64,000 nt of DNA from Paraspadella gotoi (Eukaryota > Animalia > Chaetognatha): NCBI GenBank assembly GCA_051294375.1, contig CM119268.1:22035033-22099032 (forward strand). The letters are read 5' to 3'. Both the position numbers and the translations under genes were made by a program. Position 1 is the stretch's first letter, and every line of letters starts with the position of its first letter. Under the pieces are notes generated by a model. The model did not search any database. It had not been told where the DNA came from and was given only the letters and a program-made list of their open reading frames with translations. Positions 52,747-64,000 of this stretch are shown in pieces.

Positions 52747-53293
52747 CTGAAATGAAAAAAGAGAGACGATGTTGTAACATGATGGAAGGGAGGAAGAGAT
52801 GGACGAAGGGAGAAAGGAAAGAAGGAAAGGGAAGGGAGGAAGAGATGGAAGAAGGGAGAAAGGAAAGAAGAAAAGGGAAGGGAGGAAGAGATGGAATAAG
52901 GGAGGAAGAGAAGACAGAAAAGGAAGGGAGTAAGAGATGAAAGAAGGGAGAAAGGAAAGAAGGAAAGGGAAGGGAGGAAGAAATGGAAAGAAGGAGAAAG
53001 GAAAGAAGGAAAGGGAAGGGAGGAAGAGATGAAAGAAGGGAGAAAGAAAAGAAGAAAAGGGAAAGGAAGAAGAAATGGAAGAAGGAAGAAAGGAAAGAAG
53101 GAAAGGAAATAAGAAGGAAACATACAAAAAAGAAAGAAAAAAAGAAAGAAATAAGGAAAGAGAGAAAGAAAGGAAGAAAGAAATAAAGAAAAAAAGAAAG
53201 AAAGGTAGAAAAAAAGAATGAAAGAAAAAAATAGAGGAAGAAAGGTACAAAGAAAGAAAGGAAAAAAGAAATAAAGAAAGAAAGAAAGAACGA

Positions 53294-53360
<67 letters not shown>

Positions 53361-53584
53361 TTAAGCAAAAAAAGAAGAAAATGAGACACGAAACAAAAAA
53401 TAAAAAAAAGGAAAGAAGATTAAAGAAAAGATAAAAGAAAAGAACATTAATCTTGGATGAGCCAGAAAAAAAATTTTTGAAAAATAAAATCTGGTAAATA
53501 AAAAATAGTAAAGAAAAAAATGTGGTTTGCAATTTTATAGCGGAGCGGTTTTAATTCCGCTGAAGAAGCCATCTTAATAGAGAC

Positions 53585-53637
<53 letters not shown>

Positions 53638-54470
53638 GGAGAGAGAGAGAGAGAGAGTGTGTGAGACAAAAGAAAGACAATCTGATCTTGTGATCGGCTC
53701 ACGGTTATTTCCCCCATAAAAACAACGAATTCTATCAACAGCAACAGCAAAGAAAAAGAAACAAAGAAAAGTAAAAGAGAATAAAAAGAAAGAGAAAAGA
53801 AAAAGAAGAAAAATAAAAGGAAAAGAGATAAAGAAATAAAAAAGAAAGGAAAATAAAGAAAAAGAGAAGAAAAAGAAAAGAAAAATAGAAGAAAAAGAAA
53901 AGAAAATAACGAAAAAGAAAAGAAAAAGAGAATTAAAAGAGATTAAAAGATAGGAAAATAAAGAAAAAAAGAAAAAAGAAAGAAAAAAGAAAAGAAAAAG
54001 AAAAGAAAAAGAAAACAAAAAAAAGAAAAACAAAAAAAAAAACAAAAGAAAAACAAAAGAAAAAAAGAAAAAGAAAAGAAAAAGAGGATGTAAATGAAAA
54101 AAATAAAAGTTAAACAGTTGGCAAAACATAATGAAAAACATTGAAATTTAAGAAAACAGAAAAAAAACAACAAACGAATAAAAATTTATTATGCAAGCAA
54201 AACGAAAACCATAATAAAAAAAAATCATTAGCTAATTAAAGTCAAAAAACAGCGCAAATGGCATCGGGATCACATGGCGCCAAGAGATGCATCTTTTCCA
54301 ATTTGCGATTCCATTTCCTGCTTGCTTATTTTTTTTTCGTCCCCACATGAATTGGCAAGCATAAAGCCTCGTTTACGAATTGTATAAGAAGATTCTTCTG
54401 CTTGATTATCTTCTTCAACTTTGTTGATATTTTTTATAAAGAGGAAAATAAAAGAAGGAAGATTAATCCT

Positions 54471-54703
54471 CGGTTCTTTTTTCCCAAAGCGCCCTATTTC
54501 TGTTCTTTTACGCCTGAACTTAATTTTAATTTTGATAATATTTTATCCCAATCTGTTTTAAAATATATTTTTTAATCCTTAACCCTAATCTTAAACTCCT
54601 AACCCAATCCTTAATCCCAACCTTTAACCCAATATTTAAAGCTAAAAAACTATTTAAATTGGGAATTTAAGATGAAATTGGGCGCTTAGGGAAAATATAG
54701 CCG
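54471..54703 (+). mobile_element. MITE with ~30-bp TIRs, 6-bp TSD (AATCCT) and a telomere-like TAACCC core
   Basis: aatcct|cggttcttttttcccaaagcgccctatttc ... gaaattgggcgcttagggaaaatatagccg|aatcct. Confidence 0.8.
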
Positions 54704-55280
54704 AATCCTCTGTAAAAAAAAGGAAAAAAAAAAAAGAGAGAATATTGGTCGAATCTGCGGCGATGATTAAAATTCGCTCTACAATTGATGAGAGAATTAA
54801 TTTTTTTGTTTTAGTTTTGTAATTTTTTAATTGAAAGATAAAATTAAAAACAAAAATGTCAACGACTTTTAGGAAAATTTGCGATCTGTTGGATTATTTA
54901 TTGTGTTCGTTTGTTTGTTTGTAGAAGAAAATATGGCTCTCTTTCCCGTTAGAGCCCCATTTCTGTTCGTTTTTTTTCTTCCAGAATTTAATTTTAACCC
55001 TAATATTTAATAATTATTTTTTTAATTTATCATTTAATTTGAACCGTAATATTTAATATTTCTCTTATTTATTTAGCTATTATTAAATTTATTCATTTAC
55101 TAATTTATTTATCTATATATTTTTGGGTCTATGCAAATCAACTGTGGATTCAGGCGAAGAGATTTCTCCGTTTTGAGTCATGATGAAAAAACTTTGGCTC
55201 TGAAAGAATTTTTTTTTAGCGAAACTTCAGTTGGAAATAAGACGAATGGTTTCTTGAGAATCTCTGAGGGTGAAATGAGA

Positions 55281-55363
<83 letters not shown>

Positions 55364-55919
55364 CAAGAGAAACAAAAAGGGAAGAAAGAAAGAGTAGGAT
55401 AACAATTTTAATGAATACTGTACGAACAATGTACGAACAGTGTACGTCCTTCTCAAAATTGTCTCATACTAATTTTACCTCGAGAAGAAAAACAGATATG
55501 AAACAAAGAAAGAGGGAGAGAGAATGAAAGAGAGAGAGAGAGATAGAGAGATATATATATAGAGAGAGAGACAGAGAGATAGAGATATATATATAGAGAG
55601 CGAGACAGAGATAGAGAGATAGAGATAGATTTCCAAATTCATCTCTTTTCCCAAAAGAAAAGAATCTCCGAGAGAAAAAAAAATCTTCCGTATCAGATTT
55701 AAAAAAGTTAAAAAGCGACGACCCGGATGTAGGCGAGCGAGCACGCAACATATGAATCCTCGCTTTAATGAATGAACAAATGAATGAATGAATGAATGAG
55801 TAAATGAATGATCATTCATTTTCAGTTGAAAAGGACCGAGTGACCAGAGCTTTTGTCTAGAGAACGATCCAATTATAGACACATATTATTTAATAAATTG
55901 GTACAACCAATATAAAAAT

Positions 55920-55985
55920 TATCCATTCATTTAATAAATAAGCTATCTTTCCCCTGACTTTGGACAGGCCTTCATCACATCACTC
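55920..55985 (-). mobile_element. SINE 3' fragment (same family as 878-1060)
   Basis: Reverse complement reads gatgaaggcctgtccaaagtcaggggaaagatagcttatttattaaatgaatggataat. Confidence 0.7.
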
Positions 55986-56249
55986 AATATTATATACATG
56001 GCGACTATTACTTCACTTCTTTTTCCCGCAATGGATCGGGTCCCCGAATCAAAAATAGGCTTGGAGGTTTTCTAAGCCGCCGGGCCGGCTTGAACGCTTG
56101 CGGTCGTCTTCACAATTACCGGAGGGTAGGTTCACTGTTGGGATCTGATCCCTTTACCAAACTGTCCTTTAAGGGCACTGTGCACTTTGCACTGTGCAAT
56201 GCCCGCCACAATGTGACAAAAATTAAGATTAAAACATTTTTTTGTTTAA

Positions 56250-56345
56250 ATTCGAATGCGAAGAAGACGAACGAAACGGGTAAGTAAAGACGAGTTGAGG
56301 TGAGTAAAAGCAGACGCCATCTTTGGAACCGGCGGCCATTTTATA
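56250..56345 (+). promoter_or_regulatory. Possible gene 5' end: two consensus donors and two YY1-type motifs
   Basis: G|GTAAGT at ~56280, AG|GTGAGT at ~56300, and CGCCATCTT and GGCCATTTT just downstream. Confidence 0.35.
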
Positions 56346-56516
56346 TTTTCATTTGATGAATTTTATTAATGTTAATAATAATACACATTTCAATTTGTTT
56401 TCCTCTTTTTGTTTAAGTTGTTTCTTTGTTTTATTATTTTTTTCTCTCGATTCGATTTCATTCCTGACAAAAATCCGCGACGCCGGAGGAAGACATCTGG
56501 CGGTTAAGAAAGGCAA

Positions 56517-56557
<41 letters not shown>

Positions 56558-56679
56558 TACTTCTACAGGAGAAAATAGATTTGATTTTTGCACAAAAAAT
56601 TCGTCATGCAAAGATTTTTGAGGGAGAGAAGACTCTTCGGTACAGATTCCATCAGGATGGAGAGAGAGAGAGAGATAGA

Positions 56680-56713
<34 letters not shown>

Positions 56714-56817
56714 AAGGAAGAGAGAAGAGAGAGAGAGGAAAAGAAGAGAAAAATTAGTTTTGTATTTTCAGTTTGAACAAAAGAAAAATGAGAAACGGAG
56801 AATTCAGTCTCCCGGCA

Positions 56818-56909
<92 letters not shown>

Positions 56910-57529
56910 ATGAGACTTTGAGCAAACAGAAGAGCAAGCGAACCGCCGGAAAATGACGGCAACGACGACGACGACGACGACGACGACGTAAAAAATGGGT
57001 TGAGAAGAAAACAATAAAAAATCTTTCGAAAAAGTGAATCTACTCTGTACACTGTACAGTATGGTTCGGTTGCTACAAAACTGCTCCGATCCAAAAAAAT
57101 ACGAAACTAAAGAAAGAACTATTTCGCCAAAAACACAGTAGGGTCTATTTATTTAAAAATGTTAAATAGTAATAAAAGTTACACAAATCGGTTGACTAGT
57201 AGTTTTCAGATTTCAGATCTGCTAAAAATTACATTTTGTTAGGAAGTTCTTCGACAGAATTTGCATATTATATTATATAACATTATATATTATATTATAT
57301 TATTTTAACCTTGTATCACTCAATTCGTATTTCGTGAGAAAAAAATTTACTACCTCCATTTTACCTATTTTACTTATTTAAATTTATCTAATATTTGTGG
57401 AGCGCGCGCTGTGCTGTAAAGTACCGACATATTACAAAGTGTTGTAACTAGATTTCGCTGTAGATTTGTTATGATTATAATTATACATAAGTTTGCGACG
57501 TTATAAGCGGGTTTTACTGGGCGTAGTTT

Positions 57530-57941
57530 TCGGGTTTAATAGTCTAAGGGTCTAATGATTTAAGGGTTCAAGGGTTTGAGGGTTTTAAAGTATATACGTG
57601 TTTAGGATTTAAGGATTTGATGGTCTGATTGTTTAAAGGTTTAAGGGTGTAAGAGTTTAAGGGTTTTTAGGGTTTAAGTGTTTATGGTTTAAAGGTTTAA
57701 GGTTTTAAGGGTTTAGGGGTTTAAGAGTTTAAAGGATCAAAGATTTAAGGGTTTAAGGGTTTGATGGTATAGGGGTTTAAGGGTTTAAGGGTTTTAGAGT
57801 TTAAGTGTTTATCGTTTAAAGGTTTAAGGTTTTATGTGTTTATAGGGTCAAAGAATTAAGGGTTTAAAAGTTTAAGGGTTTAAGAGTTTAAGGTTTTAAG
57901 GGTTTAAGGGTTTAAGGGTTTAAGGGTTTAAGGGTTTAAGG
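57530..57941. repeat. Telomere-like (TTTAAGGG)n array, degenerate on the left and perfect on the right
   Basis: ...gggtttaagggtttaagggtttaagggtttaagggtttaagg at 57900-57941. Confidence 0.9.
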
Positions 57942-58759
57942 TCGGCGGAATCCAATAAAACGTTTTTTGTCTTCAAATCTTCAACTTTCGACTTTTATGG
58001 AATCGATTTAATTTTGTTTTTATTTCTTTGTTTTCTCGATGTTTTTTTATGTTTTCTTCTCTTTCCTCTTTTTTGTTTTCCTTTCATTATTTTTCTTTCT
58101 TGTTTTTCTTTCATCTTTTCTTTCTTTGTTTATTTTCCCTTTTTTGTTATCAAGCGCGTTTCAGGCTTGATATTGATCTCGGGTGAGCTTCTTTGTGACG
58201 TCCGTCGTCGTCGTCGTCGGCCGTCACGCTGTTTTTTACTATAAAAAGTACTACGCTTTTATAGGTTTGGCTGTGACTTACCGTTTTTTTAAAAATAAAA
58301 ATTATTATAAATTATGATAGAGTTTTACAAAAGTGTGCAATCATAGTAAGTTAAAATTTAGATATGGCTTCTCATTTTAAAATAGCTTTGATATTTTCTC
58401 ATTACATTTGGATTTAAGTATTTTTTGTTTGAATTTCCACTTCATTATGATTTACTGCAATATGCAAATGAGATTATAGTACTGATTATAATATCCAAAT
58501 TAGTATATAGAAATGCTTTAAGCTAATTTACATATTGCAGTATATAATATTGAAGATGAAATTCAAAAAATTTTTTTTAATATTCTAATAAAAATGGGAA
58601 CTCAAAGGATTTTTTTAATGAGAAGCTATATCTTAATTTTAATACAATAAAAATAAAATCTTTTACAAGCTGCGATTGAAAAATTGGAAAGTTTCCAATT
58701 GTAAACCATTGTAACATTTTTTGCCTTTCTTTTATTTATTTTTAATTATATATATTTTT

Positions 58760-58979
58760 TTTTAGGCGCTGCTTTTCTGAATCGTTTAAAAACGAGTTCA
58801 GTTTCTCTCTGTCTCTCTTTGTGTGCGATCTCTTGCGTGATCGTTCGTTTTTTGAAAAATTCTGATTATTTTTTTCTTTTCTAAAAAACATATATATTTG
58901 ATCAGGCGCGGCCTTTTCTGAATCGTTTAAAAAAACGAGTTCAGGCTCTCTCTCTCTCTCTCTCCCTCCGTCTCCTCCG

Positions 58980-59017
<38 letters not shown>

Positions 59018-59396
59018 TTCTTCTCTCTCTCTCTTTTTTTAACAAAAAAAAATTATTCACTTTGTTTTACCCGTTTTTTTTGAAAAATTCTTATTATTTC
59101 TTTCCTTCTAAAAACTTTTATTATCGCCATTTATTCCGCGCTTCTTTCTCAATACAAAATCCCAAATTTACATCTGAGATTTTCGTGGATTTTTTTGAAA
59201 ATGTGAAGAATAACTTACTTGACCTGGATTTCGTGGCCGTTGCGGGGCAACGAGTAAACAATGTCGAGGACATGACCTAATAACGCGTTTTGATGGCAAC
59301 GGAAACGTTACGTGTTATAAAAAATCAACTTGACCGAGATCACGCCGATATAAACAAGAGTGACCTAATATTGCGTATCGTTGGCGGGAAAACTTT

Positions 59397-59479
<83 letters not shown>

Positions 59480-59541
59480 TCTCTCTCTCTTTTTTTTTTT
59501 AACAAAAAAAATTTAAACTTGTAAACGAGTAAACGAGTTCC

Positions 59542-59575
<34 letters not shown>

Positions 59576-59585
59576 TTTCTCTCTA

Positions 59586-59616
<31 letters not shown>

Positions 59617-59801
59617 ATCTCTTTTTTTTGTACAAAATATTTTTAGTCACCTTTTTTTCACCTCCGTCATTAAACGAGTTCCGGCTCTCTCTATCTCTCT
59701 CTCTCTCTTTTTTTTTTACAAAAAAAAATTTTTTAGTCACTTTTTTTTTCACACCAGGCGACGAGTAAACGAGTAAACGAGTTCCGCGCTCTGTTCAGCT
59801 T

Positions 59802-59838
<37 letters not shown>

Positions 59839-60583
59839 CTTCTCTCCTCTTCTTCTCCTCTTCCTCGTTCTCTTCTCTCAATGTACGATCGTTCGTTTTT
59901 TGAAAAATTGTTATTATTTTTTTCCTTCTAAAAACTTTTATTATCGCCATTTATTTTTTTTCTTCTATACAAAATACCAAATTTACATCCGAGATTTTCA
60001 TGGATTCATTTTAGAAAAAAATGCAGGCAATGTCACATGTACATCAGCTTGCTGCTGTTACATATAGCTGCTATATGTCCGGCAATTGCGCGGATTAATT
60101 TAATTACATATATAACTTTCTAAGAAAAAAAAATTTTTTTGTTTTTGTTTATTACTGTAACTTTGGACCGGTCCGCCACTATTGGCAAATTATATCTAAA
60201 ATAGGAGTTGAGAAGAGAGATATTGTCAAATTAAACATTACTTTTTTTGTTATTCTAACAATTTTTAAAATTTTAAAATTGTAAATTTTTTTAGTGTATA
60301 TATTTAATCATTTTTATTCTTTTTTAAAATAATAATTATTTGAGTTGGGATAAATATTTATAAATTAGTTAAATATGCAAATATGAAATTTGACCGTCTC
60401 GTCTGGTTTCTTCTTAAAAAAAAGAACAATCTAAAATTTCATTCAAGATTAAACTTTTTTAAGATGAGGACATAAAATTTTTTTTAATAAGTAAAAAAAA
60501 TATTAGAAAGGAAAAGAGTTCGTCCCTACTCAGATACGTCGAAAAACGAGTTCAGCTCTGCAGGGCGGTCCAGCTTCTCTCTA

Positions 60584-60647
<64 letters not shown>

Positions 60648-61214
60648 TCTCTTCTCTCTCTTTTTTTTCTTTCTATTTATTCCGCCATTTATTCCGCGCT
60701 TTTTTCTCAATACAAAATCCCAAATTTACATCCGAAGATTTTCGTGAATTTTTTTTCTAAAAATTTTGATTATTCTTTATATAAACGAGAGTGAAAACTG
60801 ACCAGCTCTCTCACTCTTTCTCTCTCCTCTCTCCTCTCTCTCTTCTCCTCTCTCTTCTCTCTCTCTCTCTCTCTCTCTCTTTCATTCATACACGCATTTG
60901 TTTGTTTTATTTACGATGAATGAACTCATCGCGTCTATGAATGACTATCATCGCATCAATGATGATTATCATCATATCAATGAATGAATTATCATCAACT
61001 CAATGAAATGACTATCATCGCATCAATCATTTGATTATCATCACAATCAGTTATTTTTATTATCTTCGCATCAATTATTGGTTATCATCGCATCATTATT
61101 TAGTTATCATCGCATTATATTTGGTTACCATCGAAAGCTGGCTCGATCCCTATTGCTTTTAAGATTTTTCCCATAAAATTCTGATTGCGTTTCGTTGGCG
61201 GGAAAACTGTCCAG

Positions 61215-61259
<45 letters not shown>

Positions 61260-61400
61260 TCTCTCTCTCTCTTTCTCTCTCTCTCTTTCCTCATACACGC
61301 ATTTGTTTGTTTTATTTACGATGAATGAATGACTATCATCGCATCAATGAATGACTATAAATCAATGGCTTGATCCTTATGCTTTTAAGATTTTTTTCTT
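58760..61400. repeat. Composite local repeat: AAACGAGTTC(A/C)G(G)CT-(CT)n modules, a ~130-bp unit, and an ATCATCGCATCAAT minisatellite
   Basis: The unit ...cgccatttattccgcgc...atacaaaatcccaaatttacatc.gagattttcgtg occurs at ~59075, 59887 and 60680; aaacgagttc occurs at least 7 times; the minisatellite is at 60915-61130. Confidence 0.75.
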
Positions 61401-61934
61401 TTCCTTTTATCTTTTTTGGTTTTTTGTTGTTTTTTTTTTATTTCTTTTCTTTTTCCTCTTTTCCTTCTTTTTTTATTTTCATTTCTCTATATCCTTTTTT
61501 TCACTTTTTTGTGTTTTCCTTCTTCTAGTATTTTCCTTTTCTTTTTCCTTATTTTACTTTTTATTTCTTTTTTTTTCCCACTGATTTACGAGAATTGGTT
61601 CCGCCTCCGTCTTAAGATGAAGGTTTCTCGCTCGCCTCGTTCAGCTGATGCCCTTAGACCCTGAACCTTTGGTTCTCATCTCTACTTAACCACAATCCAT
61701 CCACACATTGTAATCCCTCCCCACTAAACCACTAACCACAGTTCACTTTGTCTACAACCACAGAAAGAACGATCTTCGGAAATCCCTTTTCAATGTTTTT
61801 GATTCCCCATTTGACATGATGTCCTCTACCAATTACCACTTTTCTTTGTTTTTTATTTCCCCATGTTTCATGTCACTCTTTCGCATTTTCCATGTTTTTC
61901 ATTCTACCCCTTTTCCATAAAATTTGTGCAACCA

Positions 61935-62005
61935 ATATAAATAAGCTATCTTGCCCTTGACTTTGGACAGGCTTTGTTGGTTTTAGGTCTCAATCACTCT
62001 TACAA
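61935..62005 (-). mobile_element. SINE 3' fragment (same family as 878-1060)
   Basis: ataagctatcttgcccttgactttggacaggctttgttggttttaggtctcaatcactcttaca is complementary to 975-1040. Confidence 0.7.
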
Positions 62006-62455
62006 GACCTGGCGGGTCCCTGCAAGCGTTCAATCAAAACTCTCTCACAGTTTCGTTTAGTCACTTCCTTTTCCATGTTTTTCTTTCTCCCCATTTCATG
62101 TCACTCTTCCCCTCCACTTTTCCAAGTTTTTCATTCCCGATATTTTTTTTTGTTTTGTTTGTTTTCATTTTTGTTCGTTTTTTACGCTATTTTATATTTT
62201 CTATTTTCTATTTTCTTTTCCTCGATGAAAAATTCGAAGCCGAAGCGGAATTGGTTGTTCGACTGGAGCGACTGGAGCGATTGGAGCGACTGGAGCGTCA
62301 GTTAATATATATTGATAATAATAAACAGAAGAACTAATGGAATGTAGCTGAAGAATTAGCCGCATTTAGAGTAGTACTTGTAGAATTAGCAATAGTTGTA
62401 GTTTCCCTAACAGACCGACAGACAAACCGAAATACAGACAGACGAATTAACGTCT

Positions 62456-62506
<51 letters not shown>

Positions 62507-62780
62507 AAAGCATCGTCATCGAATATAAGTTTCGTTTCAATTTAAAAAAGAAAAACAAACAAAACAAAAATGAAAAAAAACAACAAAAAAAAACGAATTT
62601 TCGGTTCGGAATCAAATTGGATCAAAACAATGCGATGACGAATCCACGTCGAGCTGTGTTTTACAACGAGGACGACGAACGACGACGNNNNNNNNNNCGA
62701 CGACACGGCCTCCTTGACGCTGCCGCCGGCTCCGTGTCAATCCGACTGAGCGCGAATTGCAGCTGCGAAGACGCGAAGCT

Positions 62781-62793
62781 GTTGCTTAGCAAC
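62781..62793. promoter_or_regulatory. RFX X-box in a CpG-rich island, 28 bp upstream of a GTAAGT donor (62821)
   Basis: GTTGCTTAGCAAC, a 13-bp near-palindrome matching GTYRCY-N-RGYAAC. Confidence 0.55.
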
Positions 62794-63224
62794 GGACGCA
62801 GCAGCGAAAAAATACGTTTGGTAAGTCGCCTCACCCTTTCCCGTTGAGACGCGAGTGACTTGGCGGTCGGTCTGTCTTGTTGCAGTTTTACTTAAGTTGA
62901 GTATGATTAATGTAATACTTAGCCGAAAGCTGCGGTATCATTCGTGTTAATACTTGGTTAAACTAGTTTTTACTTTACAGATAAGCCAAACATTTTATAT
63001 AATTGGGTACATAAAAAAAGTTTATTAGAATAGAGATTTGGGTTCTTATTATTTTGAACGACGGTGAAATTAATCACTCAAGATTTGTGATCACGATACA
63101 AGTCACGAATCACGAATCACGAGATTTAATAAACTTGAGTCGTGACAGAAAGTTGAGATGGAACAATAGAGATGTTGGTTAATTGTTTTATTCGCGACAA
63201 AGTCAGGAAAAGAAGGGTTAAATA

Positions 63225-63363
<139 letters not shown>

Positions 63364-64000
63364 ATTCTCCATCTTTCTGTCTGCCTCCATGTTTCAGAAC
63401 CGAGTGCACTGTACTACGGGCGCATATCTCGGTGCAAACTCGGAAATTTTACCTTAAACTCATTTGCATATTGTAGTGTTCTTAATACGTTGTCCTTTGA
63501 TCATAAACTTTTCATTTTCGTTCCCCATAAAAAAAAATTGCCAACTTAGATTCACGTTTAGTGCAATGAGTTGTTTAAAAAAATATATCGATTCTACAGT
63601 CTGAAGAAAATATGGCTTAAAAAAAAAACATTTAAATGATGACAATTCCGGAAAAGTGAGGACTTATCCATCATTTAAGGAGTTTTGCTTCTCCGCCCCA
63701 ACCGTTAAAATTGCCAGTTGAGATTTTACTTTAAGGCCGGGCTAAAAAAAGCCCCCAAATATGACTTTCACAAACATTCATTTAATTGTCTTTAGTTTGT
63801 GAAAAAAATTGGTATTGCCATACAACGACACTAAAAGCGGAAACAAAACCCGAATCAAGCAAAACAAAAAAGGAAAATAAAACCGGAAAAAACGAAACGA
63901 AAAAAAAACGACCTTAAACGTGAGGCTGTGACGAAAATCTGAGACCAAAGTGGAAAACAAGAAAGAAAAAAGTTGTGAGCTTTCTACGCATTCTCTCTCT

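Noticed and set aside
62251-62298. ORF with (LER)n or (DWS)n repeats
   Set aside because: A 9-bp tandem repeat in four copies with no splice or coding context

Overview
AT-rich, microsatellite-laden eukaryotic (invertebrate-like) genomic DNA from a draft assembly that is locally noisy. It has five gaps of exactly 25 N, many 1-bp indels, and blocks that repeat identical errors. Most ORFs in the supplied track are simple-repeat artefacts. Three things can be reconstructed by hand. (1) 1-21.8 kb: an ~12.5-kb apparent tandem duplication, probably gap over-filling. It carries a spliced minus-strand gene for a type I membrane protein: signal peptide, His/Arg-rich tip, a single ZP-N (zona pellucida N) domain, linker, TM helix and cytoplasmic tail. 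(2) 22.95-47.5 kb: several noisy or rearranged copies of an LTR element (TGTTACG...TTAACA termini, GGGGGAG polypurine tract, 5-bp TSD TGTAT). Its ~5.5-kb interior holds about four same-strand ORFs I cannot assign to any family, and I see no RT, RNase H, integrase or protease motifs. This is the best candidate for something undescribed. Its 3' flank then received a TA-TSD Tc1/mariner-type element and an 8-bp-TSD foldback element, both provable from empty-site copies in the window. (3) 50-64 kb: repeat-rich host DNA with a 6-bp-TSD MITE family with telomere-like cores, tRNA-derived SINE fragments, a (TTTAAGGG)n array and an X-box next to a splice donor. All protein reconstructions inside noisy regions are manual consensus readings and need confirmation.
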